DNA of 64,000 nt. Origin: Octopus sinensis (Eukaryota). The notes under the pieces were generated by a model. That model made no database searches, was not told the DNA's origin, and saw nothing but the letters and a program-made list of their open reading frames with translations. This document shows, piece after piece, positions 24,712 to 38,469 of the stretch. Numbering within the stretch: position 1 is the stretch's first letter; each line of letters starts with the position of its first letter. The position numbers and the translations under genes are program-made. The stretch lies in the NCBI RefSeq assembly GCF_006345805.1, contig NC_043012.1, forward strand, positions 44,330,001 to 44,394,000, given 5' to 3'.

Positions 24712-24879
24712 CCCACTGCATGGTACCTTGGGCAAGTGTCTTCTATAATAGCCACGGGCCCACCAAAGCCTTGTGAGTGGATCTAGTAGATGAAAACTGA
24801 AAGACACCCTCTGCATGTGTGTGTATATATGTATGTATGTATATATGTATGTATGTATATATACATATATATATATTAT

Positions 24880-24970
<91 letters not shown>

Positions 24971-25205
24971 TGCATGTGTGTCTGTGTCTTTGTGTCCCGC
25001 GTTTGTCCCCCACCACCATTTGACAACCAGTGTTAGTGTGTTTATGTCCCTGTAACTTAGCGGTTCAGGAAAGGGTCCAATATAATAAGTACTAGGCTTA
25101 AAAGAAAAGGAAAGATAAGTTCTGAGGTCAATTCACTTGACTAAAAATTCAAAGTGGCACTCCAGCATGGCTGCAGTCTAATAACTGAAAAAAGTAAAAG
25201 ATAAA
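24712..25205 (+). mobile_element. SINE family A, CpG-decayed, internal (ATAG)n
   Basis: Homology to 8789-9207 with CpG to TpG/CpA changes. Confidence 0.8.
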
Positions 25206-25784
25206 GAAGCTGAGAAAAATTTGGCTGCTATTTCTTGCAGATAGTGACCATGTAGAGGCTCCCCTATTGATTCATTGTGGTTGTTATTGTTGTTGCTGCT
25301 GCTGTTCTGTTTGCTTTCTTTTGTTCTTGCTGCCAGTGTAACTATTGTTAGTATTCTTACTGGTTCACTCCTGTAAAACTACTTTTCCAGACTACTGTCT
25401 GATTAAATCAGTTCTTTATAAAAACATCAAACTTTACTTTTGTTAAATTCATTCTACTGCTGCTGGCTGATGTATCATTCATCAAATTTATAGGGATTCT
25501 GCTGCCTACAGGGGACTAAGAGCACCTTGCTTTCAGGTCTTCTTTATAGATTTATTTTCTGGATATAGAATAACTGCCAGTCACCCTAACATGGCCATCC
25601 TGTACTAATTTGTTTTCAGCTGTTTGTTACATTTGAAGCCTCTACTTCGTGTTCTGGGTATTACTATTTTGACTTCTTTGCCAGGAAATCTATTTTCCAC
25701 CAACTTTCTGTGAAACTTCAAAACATAAACCAGCAACCACAGAATAGAATTTGTTTCTGTTGTAATATATGTTTATAAGTGGAT

Positions 25785-26185
25785 CGTAGGGCGACCTGCT
25801 ATGCTATTGAGTCAAGTACATCAACATCAAAATAAAAATCAAATGGAAATTGTAGTGGTGATACCCGTGCCAGTGGTACATAAAAAGCACCATTCGAATG
25901 TGGCTGATGCCAGCGTCGCCTTGACTGGCTTCTGTGCTGGTGGCATGTAAAAAGCACCAACTGATTCTGGCCATTGCCAGCCTCCCCTGGCACATGTGCC
26001 AGTGGCACGTAAAAAGCACCCACTACACTCACGGAGTGGTTGGCATTAGGAAGGGCATCCAGCTGTAGAAACACTGCCAGATCAGACTAGAGCCTGGTGC
26101 ATCTTCCTGGCTTCCCAGACCCCGGTCGAACTGCCCAACCCATGCTAGCATGGAAAACGGACGTTAAACGATGATGATGATGAAG
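25785..26185 (+). mobile_element. Repeat family C (SINE or LINE 3' end with (GAT)n tail, RTE-like)
   Basis: Ends CATGCTAGCATGGAAAACGGACGTTAAACGATGATGATGA; other copies at 36990-37100, 49385-49530 (-), 54530-54835, 58060-58380. Confidence 0.75.
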
Positions 26186-26739
26186 AAGATGGTCATAAAT
26201 GGAGTGCAGGTCATCCCTGATCAATCAGACATGGACGATCAAAATCATTCCAGCCTTGTCCATCCTGTCATTTGGGGAACTTTGGGTTGTTACATATAGC
26301 AGGTTAAGTGACTGAGGCTCCTTTGATGTTTTGTTGTGGTCATTATTACTGGTAGAATAGCAGAATCAGTAGATCATCAAACAAAATGCTCTGCGTTCTA
26401 AGTCTGGAACTCACAAAGTCCAAATCCTATCTAGCTGACTTTTATTTCTATGGCAGTAAATATCCTGGAACCAGGAATAAGTGATATCCTGGAATCAGTT
26501 CAAGAGGCTATGTATGTCTTTACCACAAAATTATACCCTTGTTTCAAAGTAAGAAGTCACATATTCTCTTTGATTGTCATCATTGTAGTTATTGAAGCTG
26601 TTGCTGCCATTGTTACTACTGATGGTGGATCTTGAAGTTGTGTTCATGTTCTCAGGGTAGCTTTTAACTTTTTCTATCTAAAGGGTTTTTTTAACCCTAT
26701 ATTTACATGCTGTCAAGTGTTGAGCAGGGAGAATTGTTA

Positions 26740-26900
26740 GTATGCTGGCCAAAATGCTTAGTGACATTTCATCTGTCTTTACATTCTGAGTTCAAAGTCT
26801 GCCAAGGTCGACATTGCCTTTCATCCTTTCGAGTAAAGTAAGCACCAGTTGAGCACTGGGGTCTATTCAATCAACTTACCCTCTCCCCTGAAATTGCTGC
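26740..26900 (+). mobile_element. SINE family B, diverged
   Basis: CORE-like GGTCGACATTGCCTTTCATCCTTTCGAG. Confidence 0.7.
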
Positions 26901-29413
26901 TTCAATCCTCATGTGATTTTTTATATATTTTCACTTACTTTCAATTTACTGTTGTTATTGTTGAGTTTGTTGTTGGAGACTTTGTCAATGATTTATTGGT
27001 ATATTACTATACAACTTTGTTTTCCTACAGTGAAACTCAAATTACTATAAGGTTGTAGAAATATTATCATGTGGTAATCAGGACCAGCTATAAGTAAAAT
27101 GCAGTGGCTTTAGCTGAGGTCTGAATATGACAGGCATGAGCATCACATAATCTCATCTTTTATCTTTTCTGAAGCTGAGTCCTTTAGTCTTTGTATAATA
27201 TATATTATAGATTGAGTTACAAATCTTGAGTCAACAGGTTGCTGGGTTACCAACCTTAGTGTTTGTTGGCACTCTACATCTAGGCATTAACACTTTCAGG
27301 TCTCCAAAGTCAAGACATTTAACTTGGATCACTCAATCCTCCTAGTAAACATCACAGAGAAAGTTCTGTTCATTTCTTTTAAGCAGTGGGAGCACTTTAA
27401 AAATAATGAATGTTTAATTAACTTGTTGCTATGTTTTAGACTTTATATATTTACATGGATTTGAAGTTTTTATTGATGCTCAGTAATCTGATGTGTTATG
27501 GAACTCACCATCACTATCTCATATCACTAATTCAAATGAAGAAGTCACAGTGGTTATGCCACATAGCCTATACATATATACACACTTATAAGCACTTATT
27601 CTTTCTCTTGGGTCTGTGAAGCTTCTTGTCTTGATCTTCTTAAGTGAAATGTGTCATGATGTAGTCTCTTGGTTCAGTAAACACTGCCTTATCAGAAGAG
27701 ACTTACTGAATGAACTCACTATTGCCTAATAATACCACTTACATCTAAATTATTAATGTTAAAAAAATTGAAGAGAAGGATCTTGGAGAGTGTTTCATCA
27801 ATTTGTCAGGATGTTGGTTAAAATTGAATAGACAGATACTACCATAGGTGTGTGGGTGTGAGTGTAATGTATGTATAAACTGCATCAGAATGTTGAACCA
27901 ATTTAGTAGATGCAGTAATAATTCATCGTATCAGCAGCTTAACTCTGCCAACCCTTGCTGCAAATCAAATATGAAGTTCAATAATCAATAATCATCAAGT
28001 CATTGAATGTATGAATCAGTGTGGTAATGTAACAGAAGAAATACACTGCTATTACAAAAGTATAGTTATCTAGTTATAATCTGGGGAAATTATGAAATAT
28101 TTTTTTGACAGAAGCTTCATTCAATCGGTTTGACAGTCTTACAGTTTGAGAGCTGTGTTGAAAAGACATTATAGGATTCATGCAAATCAGTCAACTTCTT
28201 GCTTGAATGTAATGAAGATGTAGTCAATTATAGACCTTACAATTTGAGGAGGTTAAAGGTGTTTTACTTAAGAGATAATATAATGAAAATAAGATAGGTT
28301 GCTGGGAGAAGAAAGCACTTTCTCAAAAAATTAAAAACTTTCTCTTTGAGGCAACTGAACATGTCCCTTTTTTTTTTATTTACTTTGTTAAATTAAATCA
28401 ATATCATATTTGAAAAGCCTGTAGAATTAGTGCAAATAGATATGAGATTATTTCAAGACCTTAAGAACCTATTTAAAGCTTTTTATCAAAGTGTAATGAA
28501 TAAAAAAGACCACTGAAGTCTCACATTCGGAAAATCCTTTAGATTCATGAGATTCAATCTGTGTTCTACTTAGATGATTATTTGAATGAACCCAAAATTA
28601 GATTTTGGTTGAAAGTCACCTAAATACAGGCCTCAGTTTACTGACAAGGGATGAATAACACTTAGCTAATTGTTCAACTTCATTAATGCTGAATTTTTTT
28701 TTTTTTTTTTTTTTGAGGGAAACAATTTTTAGTTTTTTTTCTGTTTTTTCTAGTTTGAGACTTAAGTACTTTTACTACAGAAAACACTTGCAATACTTTG
28801 GTAGTGTTAGAACTAAAGTGGAGAAAATACTGTGATTTTATGCAAAACATTATAATACTACATGGAAAGAGCATGTGCTCACTTCATAACTTCAATGTTA
28901 GTTCTGTCTTAAGTCATGGACACACTTGGCAGTTGCCAAAGGGCCTCACAAGTTTAGGGGTTCGTTTGTAATCTATGTATGCCATGGTTTGCTGTAAATA
29001 GATAAATAATCCCAGGGGCTTATAATGCTTCTAAGACAGCCTTGTACAAAGTCTCAGGTTCAACTTTACCACGTTATGCAAATATCTTCTACTTTAGGTC
29101 AGCTTAAATTTTCTGAGGGAAATTGGATCAACAGAAGACCCAGCCTTGTCAAACACTGTATCATGCTGATTTTTTCTTAGGAATTACATTAAGAGTACAT
29201 GTACCTGTAGAATATTCAACCACTTGGATATTATTTCAATGATTGAACAACTAAACGCCCATTGCCAAAGACAATACTGATCCATTTTTTATTGCAATAC
29301 CATTATAATACCTCCTGTTCGATTGTGGTTAGTAGAAATGATAAAAATTTTGTCAAAGTCAAATGCAATCACTGCTGTATAAAGTTATCTCCCATGGCTT
29401 TAACAGCCTCAGT

Positions 29414-29842
29414 GGATCTTTTCGGTTTGAACGGCAGTTTTTTCTAGCATTGTCATATGAAATTGTCACCCATAATTATGACCCTAGTATCGATCTATTG
29501 CATTTCAGTCTGTTTTAGGGTTTAGGGTTAGTCAGGGATAGGGGTGGGGGGAAGGGTATCTTTTTTTCTTCACAAATGTAAATAAACCCAATCTGTTTCT
29601 TAATCGAGGGACATTTTCATACAGCACAGAATATTTTTTAACTCAATGGACGTCATCGATTGGTTGATATTGCAGAAATTGAAGAAAAAAAACCAGCAAA
29701 TATCTTACAAACTATAGAATTTTCTCAATAAAGCCAAGAGAAAAAGATGTTTTATAAACACATTCTACCAGTATACGAGATTCAAAATTTTTTAGTTACC
29801 TAGAAATTATGTTAAAAACTGCCGTTCAAACCGGAAAGATCC
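29414..29842. mobile_element. 429-bp MITE with 29-bp TIRs and 8-bp TSD (Merlin-like; hAT not excluded)
   Basis: TIR GGATCTTTTCGGTTTGAACGGCAGTTTTT versus reverse complement of the right end GGATCTTTCCGGTTTGAACGGCAGTTTTT; flanks GCCTCAGT / GCCTCAAT. Confidence 0.88.
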
Positions 29843-30639
29843 GCCTCAATTACACATTAAAACAATAACAGTTCTTATGTATAATTCATGCCTAGATTCA
29901 AGTCACTGCACATTGATTTTATCATGAGTTGTCTTTGTAGTTTTAATGCCCACTTGCTTTTTTCACATTTGCCACTTGTGTCCTGGAGGGAGCCAAAACT
30001 TACATTAATTTCATGGTAAAATGTATTTCAGCATAATCAATACTTTACACTTTTGGCATCCATATCAGGGTCATCGGCCAAAACCATTGTCTGCATTGCT
30101 TTGCTGCGTAGAAACTTTCTGGTGCGCTCAAGAATATTTGTGGCTTCAGATCTTCCATGTCATTTTTGAAGTTGAGGACTTTTCTTTAGTCTTGCTTCTT
30201 TAATGTGACCCCAAAAGGCAGCCTTGAATTCAATTGTTTTCTGTTGCAGGGTGAAGCATGATGTGAAATTCTTCTCAATTCACTATTCTGTTCACAGAAG
30301 CATTGACAAGTCTTTGCAACAGAAATGATAGCATCACATTCACAAAGAGAGATTCTGTGAATGTTTTATTTGCTTTCATGACTTCAGAGTCTTTTCATCA
30401 TTTTGTCGTAGCAACAACGTCAACATTCTGCTGGAGACTGAACTTGCCCAGCAACACCTTTACCACATTGCACTGCTATAACAAATAAAAAATGATAGCT
30501 ATTACCTATCAACAATGTAAATTCTTCTTCTTCAGCTGTCCATTGTAGGTCAACGTTGACCATTCTGTAATCATCTCTGGCAGGCTTGCATGTAGGCTCC
30601 AAGACCTGCTCTTCATCTACTGCAGGTGACACCTCTCAT

Positions 30640-31140
30640 GTGCTCTTTCTTACTCTGACTGGTTGTAATTATGAACTTCAGTGACTAGTGCCATTTATCT
30701 CACTGCAGGGCCTTCTCCTCCCACGTATCTGGGGAAATGCCAAAGTTTTTCACATGCCTCTTCAGTACATGCCTGTTTCACAACCTCTGGCCACCTCAAC
30801 TTTGCCTGCCATGACACAGTTCAGCATTGAAAGCTGCCTTTGGTAACCTACTGTTCTCCATCTTGTAAACATGTCCCACCCAGTGCAGTTACAATGGGGT
30901 ACTGAGGGCCTCCATACTAACTGCACAGCATGGTGCAGGACCTCTACATCAGAAATGTGATCCTGCCATCTGCTATGCAAGATTGAGCACAGATGATGAA
31001 GTTGGACTCATATCAGGGTCTTTGTATGCCTGTGGTAGAGGGCCATGCATCCATGGCATAGAGGAGGCAAGGGAACACTGTGGTACTGTACACCTTTATT
31101 CTCAATGTCAAGTGTGAAGGATGAATTTTGAGAAAGAGTG
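30640..31140 (-). pseudogene. RTE-clade LINE RT C-terminal remnant
   Basis: IKVYSTTVFPCLLYAMDAW, WVGHVYKMENSRLPKAAF, RHVLKRHVKNFGISPDTWEEKA motifs. Confidence 0.8.
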
Positions 31141-31201
31141 AGAACATGAGTTAGTATAATTAGTGACATAGCTGCTAATGCATGTAATATACCAATACTT
31201 T

Positions 31202-31420
31202 AAGGTGGTGAGCTGGCAGAAGCATTAGCACACCAGGTGAAATGCTTAGTGGTATTTTGTGTGTCTTTATGTTCTGAGTTCAAATTCTGCTGAGGTTGAC
31301 TTTGCCTTTTACCCTTTTGGGGTCGATAAATAAAGTACCAGTTGCGTACTGGGGTTGATGTAATTTGCTGGTCCCCTTTCCAAAAATTCCAGGCATTGTG
31401 CCTAGAGTAGAAAAGAATAT
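31202..31420 (+). mobile_element. SINE family B, CpG-decayed
   Basis: GGTGGTGAGCTGGCAGAA head (CpG to TpG relative to left-hand copies). Confidence 0.8.
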
Positions 31421-34400
31421 ACCAATACTATGTTTGTATTGATAAAATCAGTTAAAATGGCACGAGCTTTCTTTAACTATCACTTGACTAGGCTGGGCTC
31501 AAGTCAGAATCAATGAAACTTTCTGCAAAGTGGGTTCTTATACTTATCTTTAACCTAAGAATTTTTCTATTTTATTTTTCTTTCACTTCTCTTTTCACCC
31601 TGGATTTACTGATTTGTTCAGTTATGGAGCTTTGTTCACTTTGAACAAGGTCAACTATTGCAAAATTATCATGTCACATGATCACATTCTCACGTGCTTA
31701 TTGATCAATTTCAGACTTTGCACCACATTCTTGGGTGTAATTACTTTTGTTGAAACAGGATTCCATAGTTGGTGCTCATGAAGGCTTAGGAGCTTGACTT
31801 AGAATCTTTTTTATTGATAATAGCTTGTAAGTGAATATAAGCAAACTGATTATGAACCTCAGTATGGTTATCTCATTTAAAAAAAAAATAATGACTTTGA
31901 TTAGTTTCAGCAACAGGATTTTCAGTTGTTTTATACTCTACGTGAGACTTAATCACATATGAGTCTAATTAGGACTGTATACAACATCTTTCATTGCATA
32001 CAAGACATAACAAGTGAGATGGAACCAGATTGATTTGATTGGGTAGTGCAGTTTAATTAAAATTGTTGTTTGGTGTCAAAGGAGCAGTCTGTTATGAAGA
32101 TCCTGTCAAGAGAGGTTGAATGAATTTAAGACAATATTTGGAAGAGCTATAAAGATGATATAGATAGTAAATTAACTTAACTGGGTGTTTTAATTAGTAA
32201 CTGACTTATTTCTGAGTTTAAATCCTTCTTGAATCGTCTGTTTTCCATTCCATTGTTGCTGCTGATTGCTTGTCACTTGAGTAGCAGGGAAATGGAGATA
32301 TATTTTGTTGGTTGCATGAATAATAACTGAAGCAAACTTGCGAACATTTAATTGAAATATTTATAGACAGGCATAAAGATATTTGGTGTTAACTATTTAC
32401 AATGAACAATATTAATAATTTCTTACTGGGAAAGACAGAAAAACTGCACCACATCTGTAAAAGTTGCATATGAGACATTGTATGAATGATCAGGATGGGT
32501 TTGTCCAAGAACCTGGAGTTGTCTACACAAATGTCCAGAAGTGTCAGTGTGGCAAGAGTAGAGGCACATGTCACTCAGTTACCGTCAACATTCTGTAATC
32601 AATTAAGCATCAAATTGTCTTTTATAGTAGACCAGAAGCCAAATTCTAAAAAGTTCAAGAAAACCATATCATACCACAGCCTCATGCTGACTGGTTGATT
32701 AATAGGCTGATCGCATGAAACTATGGTGGTTTGCTCAGGTTTTGAATCACTGCTGTACCACTAAAGTTGATGAAAAAAGCATCAGTAATATATCAAATAA
32801 ATTAAATATCAATTTTAACTTTGAATTTTATCAAAAGTAATTAAAAGATTAATATTTCATTTATTATCTTATTTGGATCAACTTTATCATACTTTTGTTG
32901 TTGATAAAATATGTACCAGTAATATGCTAAGGTAATTTAGTTAATTAACTTTAGCTCTTCCTTTCACAACAAAACCTAAGAATCAAATTTGATATCATTT
33001 AAGCACTTGATATTATAATTACAGAGATCTGTAAAAGATAAATCCATTACCTCAAAATGGTAGTTATAAATGTGCAGGTATGCTCTTTGCAGTTCATATA
33101 TTGTTTGAATTGTCTTTGCAAATATACGACTAAAATAAGCTGTGAACTAAGTCTATGAGCTGATTTTTGACGATCAGCTGTAGTCATTGTGCTTCATTTA
33201 TCCTGATAATTTTTGTTAGGGCAAGCATAAATATTTCAATATTCTACTTCTGTCACGTACATGTTTATAAATTTTTGTTTAAATTTCAAACCAATCTTTT
33301 GTTTTGAGTAGGAATGGTGAGTAGAAGCAAGCTTATTGCAAGTTGAATCCACAATCCTGTTTTGATTCCTGGTTCTGTCTGTTTCATTTATATTTGTGTT
33401 GTGAATATCCAAGAGAAAAGTATGAATATCACAACATCCTATCGCCCTCCAACTATAAATTTATATCAGTTGAAGAAACAAATATTTTGCCTGAAATATC
33501 AAACACATAAAATTAAAAGAAAAATTAGGGAGTAAGAGAAATACCAGGGTTTAAATATTTAATTGGACTATCATCTGACAATAATTTGTAAGAATGTGTA
33601 TACAATAAATGAGATTCAGATAAATACTGAGACCTACATATTAGGAAGGGCCCTGCCAACGAAAAGAAATTGTTGCAACACTGAATAATGTTAGAAGCAA
33701 TTAAAAGCTTGTCTGAAGTAATGATTTCTGGTGATCCATAAAAAAGCATATTTTACAAAGAAATGTCACAAATCTAACCCAAATGAAAATGAGTGGGAGG
33801 TTTAAGGAGTGGATTTTGTAGTGAATAACTTGATATGTAGGAAGTACACATAAACAATGAAGGTTTGGGTGTTATGACTGGATGTTAATTTAGTATGGTC
33901 AATTGTCTCTAAGTACATTGAGTGTAATGCACCATATTCTCTTCAACTGAGAAAGATTATACAATAGAAGCCCTTCTCCTCTACCTTACAGATAGTCTGT
34001 CTAAATACGACGATAATAATACAAGCAACGTACATGTTACTCTTACCAAGTCACTATAAAACTACACTCTGCTCATCTTTTTTATGTGGTCACTGCAATA
34101 GAAATGATCATTGATAAAGGGTTGCCCATTTTGAGGTGAAAACACAATAAAATAAAACAAATAAATGGTTGTAATTGTTTACTTGTAAGTTTGCCAAGGT
34201 TTTATTGTTTCCATTTGCAGCCTTGCAGAGTTGGCTAATATGTGTGTTTGTGTTTGGAGTTATATATCTGTATGTGTGTGTGTTTGTGTGAGGGGGTTAC
34301 ATGTTTCTATGTGTGTGTAAAAAGGTTGGTTATGTATGTGTTAGTAAGATGATGTTTGGTTGGTTAGTGCAATGATTAAATTCTCAGCAGATTATGCAGC

Positions 34401-34655
34401 CGGAGTGAGTTTTACAGGAATGATGCCACACATACATACATAGACAGACGCACTGATAACTTGACTTCAACTTCTGGCAACTATCACAACAGTAACTGAT
34501 ACCATTGTTAGAACATTGCAGTCCGTTGTATTGTTTGGTTTTGCTCCGTTTGGTTCTGAGTTCAGATGAAGCCAAATTGACCTGTTAGAAAAGTACCAGT
34601 AATATATCAACTCAGTTAAATCAATTTTAAATGCTTTCCTACAAAAATTGGCTAT

Positions 34656-35062
34656 AGGCACAGGAGTGGCTGTGTGGTAAGTAGCTTGCTTACGAACATC
34701 ATGGTTCTGGGTTCAGTCCCACTGCATGGCACCTTGGGCAAGTGTCTTCTACTATAGCCTCGGGCTGACCAAAGCCTTGTGAGTGGATTTGGTAGATGGA
34801 AACTGAAAGAAGCCCGTCATATATATGTATATATATATATATATGTATGTGTGTGTATGTTTGTGTATCTGTGTTTGTCCCCCCAACATCGCTTGACAAC
34901 CGATGATGGTATGTTTACATCGCTGTAACTTAGCAGTTCGGCAAAAGAGACCGATAGAATAAATACTTACAAAGAATAAGTCCTGGGGTCGATTTGCTCA
35001 ACTAAAGGTGGTGCTCCAGCATGCCACAGTCAAATGATTGATACAAGTAAAAGAGTAAAAGA
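34656..35062 (+). mobile_element. SINE family A, full-length
   Basis: Head, internal TA/TG tract and tail present. Confidence 0.85.
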
Positions 35063-35535
35063 GATGTACTTAGTATGTAGAACAAGTAGAAAGATATATT
35101 TCTATATATGCTGATAGAACAGTATGTATAGGATAAAATCCTTTAAGAGCAGAAAAATTTGTCAGCAGGCTGGTTGCTGACAAGTTTTCCTACACTTATG
35201 TTGTTCCTTATGTTAAGTTTTCAGTTGTTGTACATAGAATGCCATTATGAGGAGTGTCCCTGGTTTGGGTTTCTACAAGTACTTGAAGGGTAGAATTTGT
35301 CTTAATTGTAAACTTTCCAATCCTAGTCTGGTACATCACCTGGGATCATGGGCCTTGTTTGCCCACATGACAACTGATGTGGTATGGTAATTTATTTACA
35401 TGGTTAGCATTGTTGTGTCTTGCTGTTAGAGCCCTGTTGTTGCAAAACCTGTGTTGCCCAGTCTACACCATATGAAGGAGGGGCTAAACATGTATGAACT
35501 TTGCTGTTATTGTTGTTATTATTATTATTAATATT

Positions 35536-35606
<71 letters not shown>

Positions 35607-35974
35607 ACTGTTCAACATTTAATAGGTTGAGGCAAATTTCTACTGCTACACCTCTGTGTTGCTGGGGTGTATACAGCATTATGTGTTCTTTTCTGCTGGT
35701 GGGTGTGTGCAAGCTTTTCCCAGTACTATATTGTGTTAGTTTTTTTCTCTTGAGGTGTGATGCAGTCTTTTATTTTGTTACTGTTTCTATTGTGTGTTGA
35801 GTGTGTAATGCATTGGTTAACTTGATTGCTGGTGGAAGTTTATTTCACTGGGTAATTGTTGTATAGAGTGTGTCTTGTGTTTATGGGTTGTTTTGTTTAG
35901 GATGTATTATTGGATTGATAGTGTCTTGCATAGGATGTGGGCTGTTCCTAATAGGGCTATTTTTCTGGATATTA

Positions 35975-36010
35975 ATATTATTGTTGTTGTTGTTATTGTT
36001 ATTATTATCA

Positions 36011-36064
<54 letters not shown>

Positions 36065-36092
36065 TATTATTATTATTATTATTATTATATTA
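35975..36092. repeat. (ATT)n microsatellite (second tract at 35505-35605)
   Basis: Directly visible; may be the tail of the adjacent LINE remnant. Confidence 0.95.
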
Positions 36093-36189
36093 TACAAAAG
36101 CTATATGTGTTAATTTAATTGGCAGAAGTTTTATCCTGAGTCACTCCAAATCTCAAGAATCCCTCTTAGAATTCTTACAAAATACATAA

Positions 36190-36632
36190 TGGCTTTTTCT
36201 CTAGGTCAGCAATACATGTCTCAGTTCTACTCACCCCTTATATAGCAGTTTAAATATTGTGCCTTGTGCACCAGTTATCACAGAAATAATTTTCTCCCAC
36301 AATCTCTTCAGCCCACTGGCTATGTCCTTGATTTACACTCTACTGTCATAAAGGATTGCAAAGTCAATCCACAACCATTATCTGTTCTAGTTTCTGTAGT
36401 ATAATGATCTTTGATGTGAAATCCCATAAAATCCTTTATCATTTATCGAGACAGCCTTGGGCTCATATTCATACCACTTTTCCATCACTTCAAATTCACA
36501 GACTTGGCTGGTATCCCTATGGATTCTTTTGCCAACTGAATCATGCCTATATTTATACTCTTTTTGAGCAACTGTGCTACTCCCACTTAAAATACTTTCA
36601 TCCCCTTTTCCACATATTCTGTATTTGCTATC
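36190..36632 (-). pseudogene. R4/Dong-clade LINE remnant (zinc knuckle and REL endonuclease region)
   Basis: YRICGKGDES...VAQKEYKYRHDSVGKRIH...EKWYEYEPKAV, followed by IDFA..DSRV; lies upstream of a (TAA)n tract on the minus strand. Confidence 0.8.
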
Positions 36633-36930
36633 TGTGTGTGCATGTGTGTGTGTGCACATTCCACTTTCACCTCTATGGTACTCTCTAGCCCCCTCCCCTT
36701 CATTTTCACTCTCTGTTCTATCCCTTACAGTTTCTGTACCCTCTAATCAACTTCCCATCCTTCATTCTCTAGTTCATCCCCATGACACACCATACTTGTA
36801 TTTCTTATCCATATTCTCACCAACCTCAAATCTTTCTCTCATTTCCCTTTCCCCATCCATGCCTTCCTTCCATATTCACCTTTATAAAGTGGAACAGCAC
36901 TGGTTCCTCTACACCCTTACTATTCTCCTG

Positions 36931-36986
<56 letters not shown>

Positions 36987-37270
36987 CGCTCATAAGTTGC
37001 AAGGTGACCTTGCTAGTACTGGCACTGTGAAAAAATTACCCCATACATTCTGTAAAATGGTTGGCATTAGGAAGGGCATCCAGCCCAAGAAACCACACCA
37101 TTACTGAGACATTAGAGCTCAACACAATACTCTTTTCTTACTGGCATAGAAAGTGGATGTAAAATGATGATTTACTTGTATGTATGTATGTATGTATGTT
37201 TGAATGTATGTATGTATGTATGTATGTATGTATGTATGTATGTTTGTATGTATGTATGTATGTATGTATG

Positions 37271-37698
37271 CTTGGTGAGGAGGGTGTTTATTGGACACCC
37301 TGTGGGATGAAAAACAAAACCTGTCAAAGGGCCGAGGAACTCTTGAGAGTCAACGGCCATCCAATAAATGTCTTAAGGCTGTATCATGCGCGGGGACATA
37401 GAAATAATTGGACTGAATACCCGATCATGCGGTTAAACCATTGGGAGTAAGGACTCCTAGCCTTTGTTAGGGCATCTTTCTAGGAGAAGGTAGCTCGGGT
37501 AACTGGGATAACTCTGACATAAAACCTGCGGCTCAGTGGTTACCGATGATGTTGACTTGTTCTTCTTTTCGGATTATGGCTGCTGTTGCTTAGTGAGTGG
37601 GATTGACTCAGTGCACAGCCTTTCCTCACTTTACAAAAAATCTTGCACAGGCATTGCTTTGAGCAATGGCCATACTTGATAACGAGGGGGCAGCCACC
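37271..37698 (+). mobile_element. CpG-retaining interspersed element within (TATG)n, RTE-5'UTR-like motif
   Basis: Left flank long (TATG)n, right flank ATGTATTTGTGTATGTAT; contains TAGGGCATCTTTCTAGGAGAAGG...AACTCTGACATAAAACC. Confidence 0.45.
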
Positions 37699-37754
37699 AT
37701 GTATTTGTGTATGTATCTATCTATCTATCTCTCTATCTATCAAAAAGAATGAAA

Positions 37755-37985
37755 GGTCCTTCTTGAGCCCTAGGCTCATAAGGCCAGTTTCCCAGATTCT
37801 GTAGCAATGTATATTCCCACCACCCCTGTGATGAGACACCAGTCCATCACAGGATTATTCAGTTTTGTTAGCTGTAGCAATATGAAATGACATATTTTAT
37901 TCAAGAACACAATGCATCACCCAGTCCAGGAATTGAAACCACAATCTTATGGTTGGGTGCAACTGCCTAACCACTAAGTCACATG
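37755..37985 (-). mobile_element. Additional tRNA-headed SINE family (F), diverged
   Basis: Right end is the reverse complement of a tRNA-like head (GGAATTGAAACC...CTAACCACTAAG). Confidence 0.55.
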
Positions 37986-38469
37986 GTTCCACATACATGT
38001 ATGTATGCGTGAATGTATAGACACATGTGTACACACACGCACACACATAGAAACAAGCCGCTAGACACAACAAATGGATAGAAGCTCTCACACCCATTTG
38101 TTCTCTTTTTAGTATAATGCTTGCTCATGTTTTTTTTTCTTAAACTTAAATATTTTCTCTACGTTTCATTGATATCTGACACAAAAGTGTGGTGGGGAGG
38201 AGAGGGAGACAGTGAGAGGTATTTAGTTTCATACAATTATTAGATTAGTAACCTGATTTTAGTATGAAAGAAATATCTTTGGAATTTATTAACAAGTAAT
38301 CATGTGTGATAGTTCTATGAAGAAGAAATAAAATGTACATTTATATCGTCATCATTATTTTACATCCATTTATCCCTGTTTGCATGTGTTGTATTAGTCT
38401 TTACCGACATAGTGTTGTAATGCTTATCGCACTCCCTTGTCATATGCATACACACACACACAAACACAC

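Noticed and set aside
25385-25740. Possible LINE RT scrap (KQGALSPL, minus strand) or + strand exon after TACTAATTTGTTTTCAG
   Set aside because: Neither reading is long or specific enough to support.
27648-27716. C/D-box snoRNA-like arrangement ATGATG...CTGA with an internal 8-bp stem
   Set aside because: C box is imperfect (ATGATGT), there is no convincing terminal stem or D'/C' boxes, and such motifs are expected by chance.
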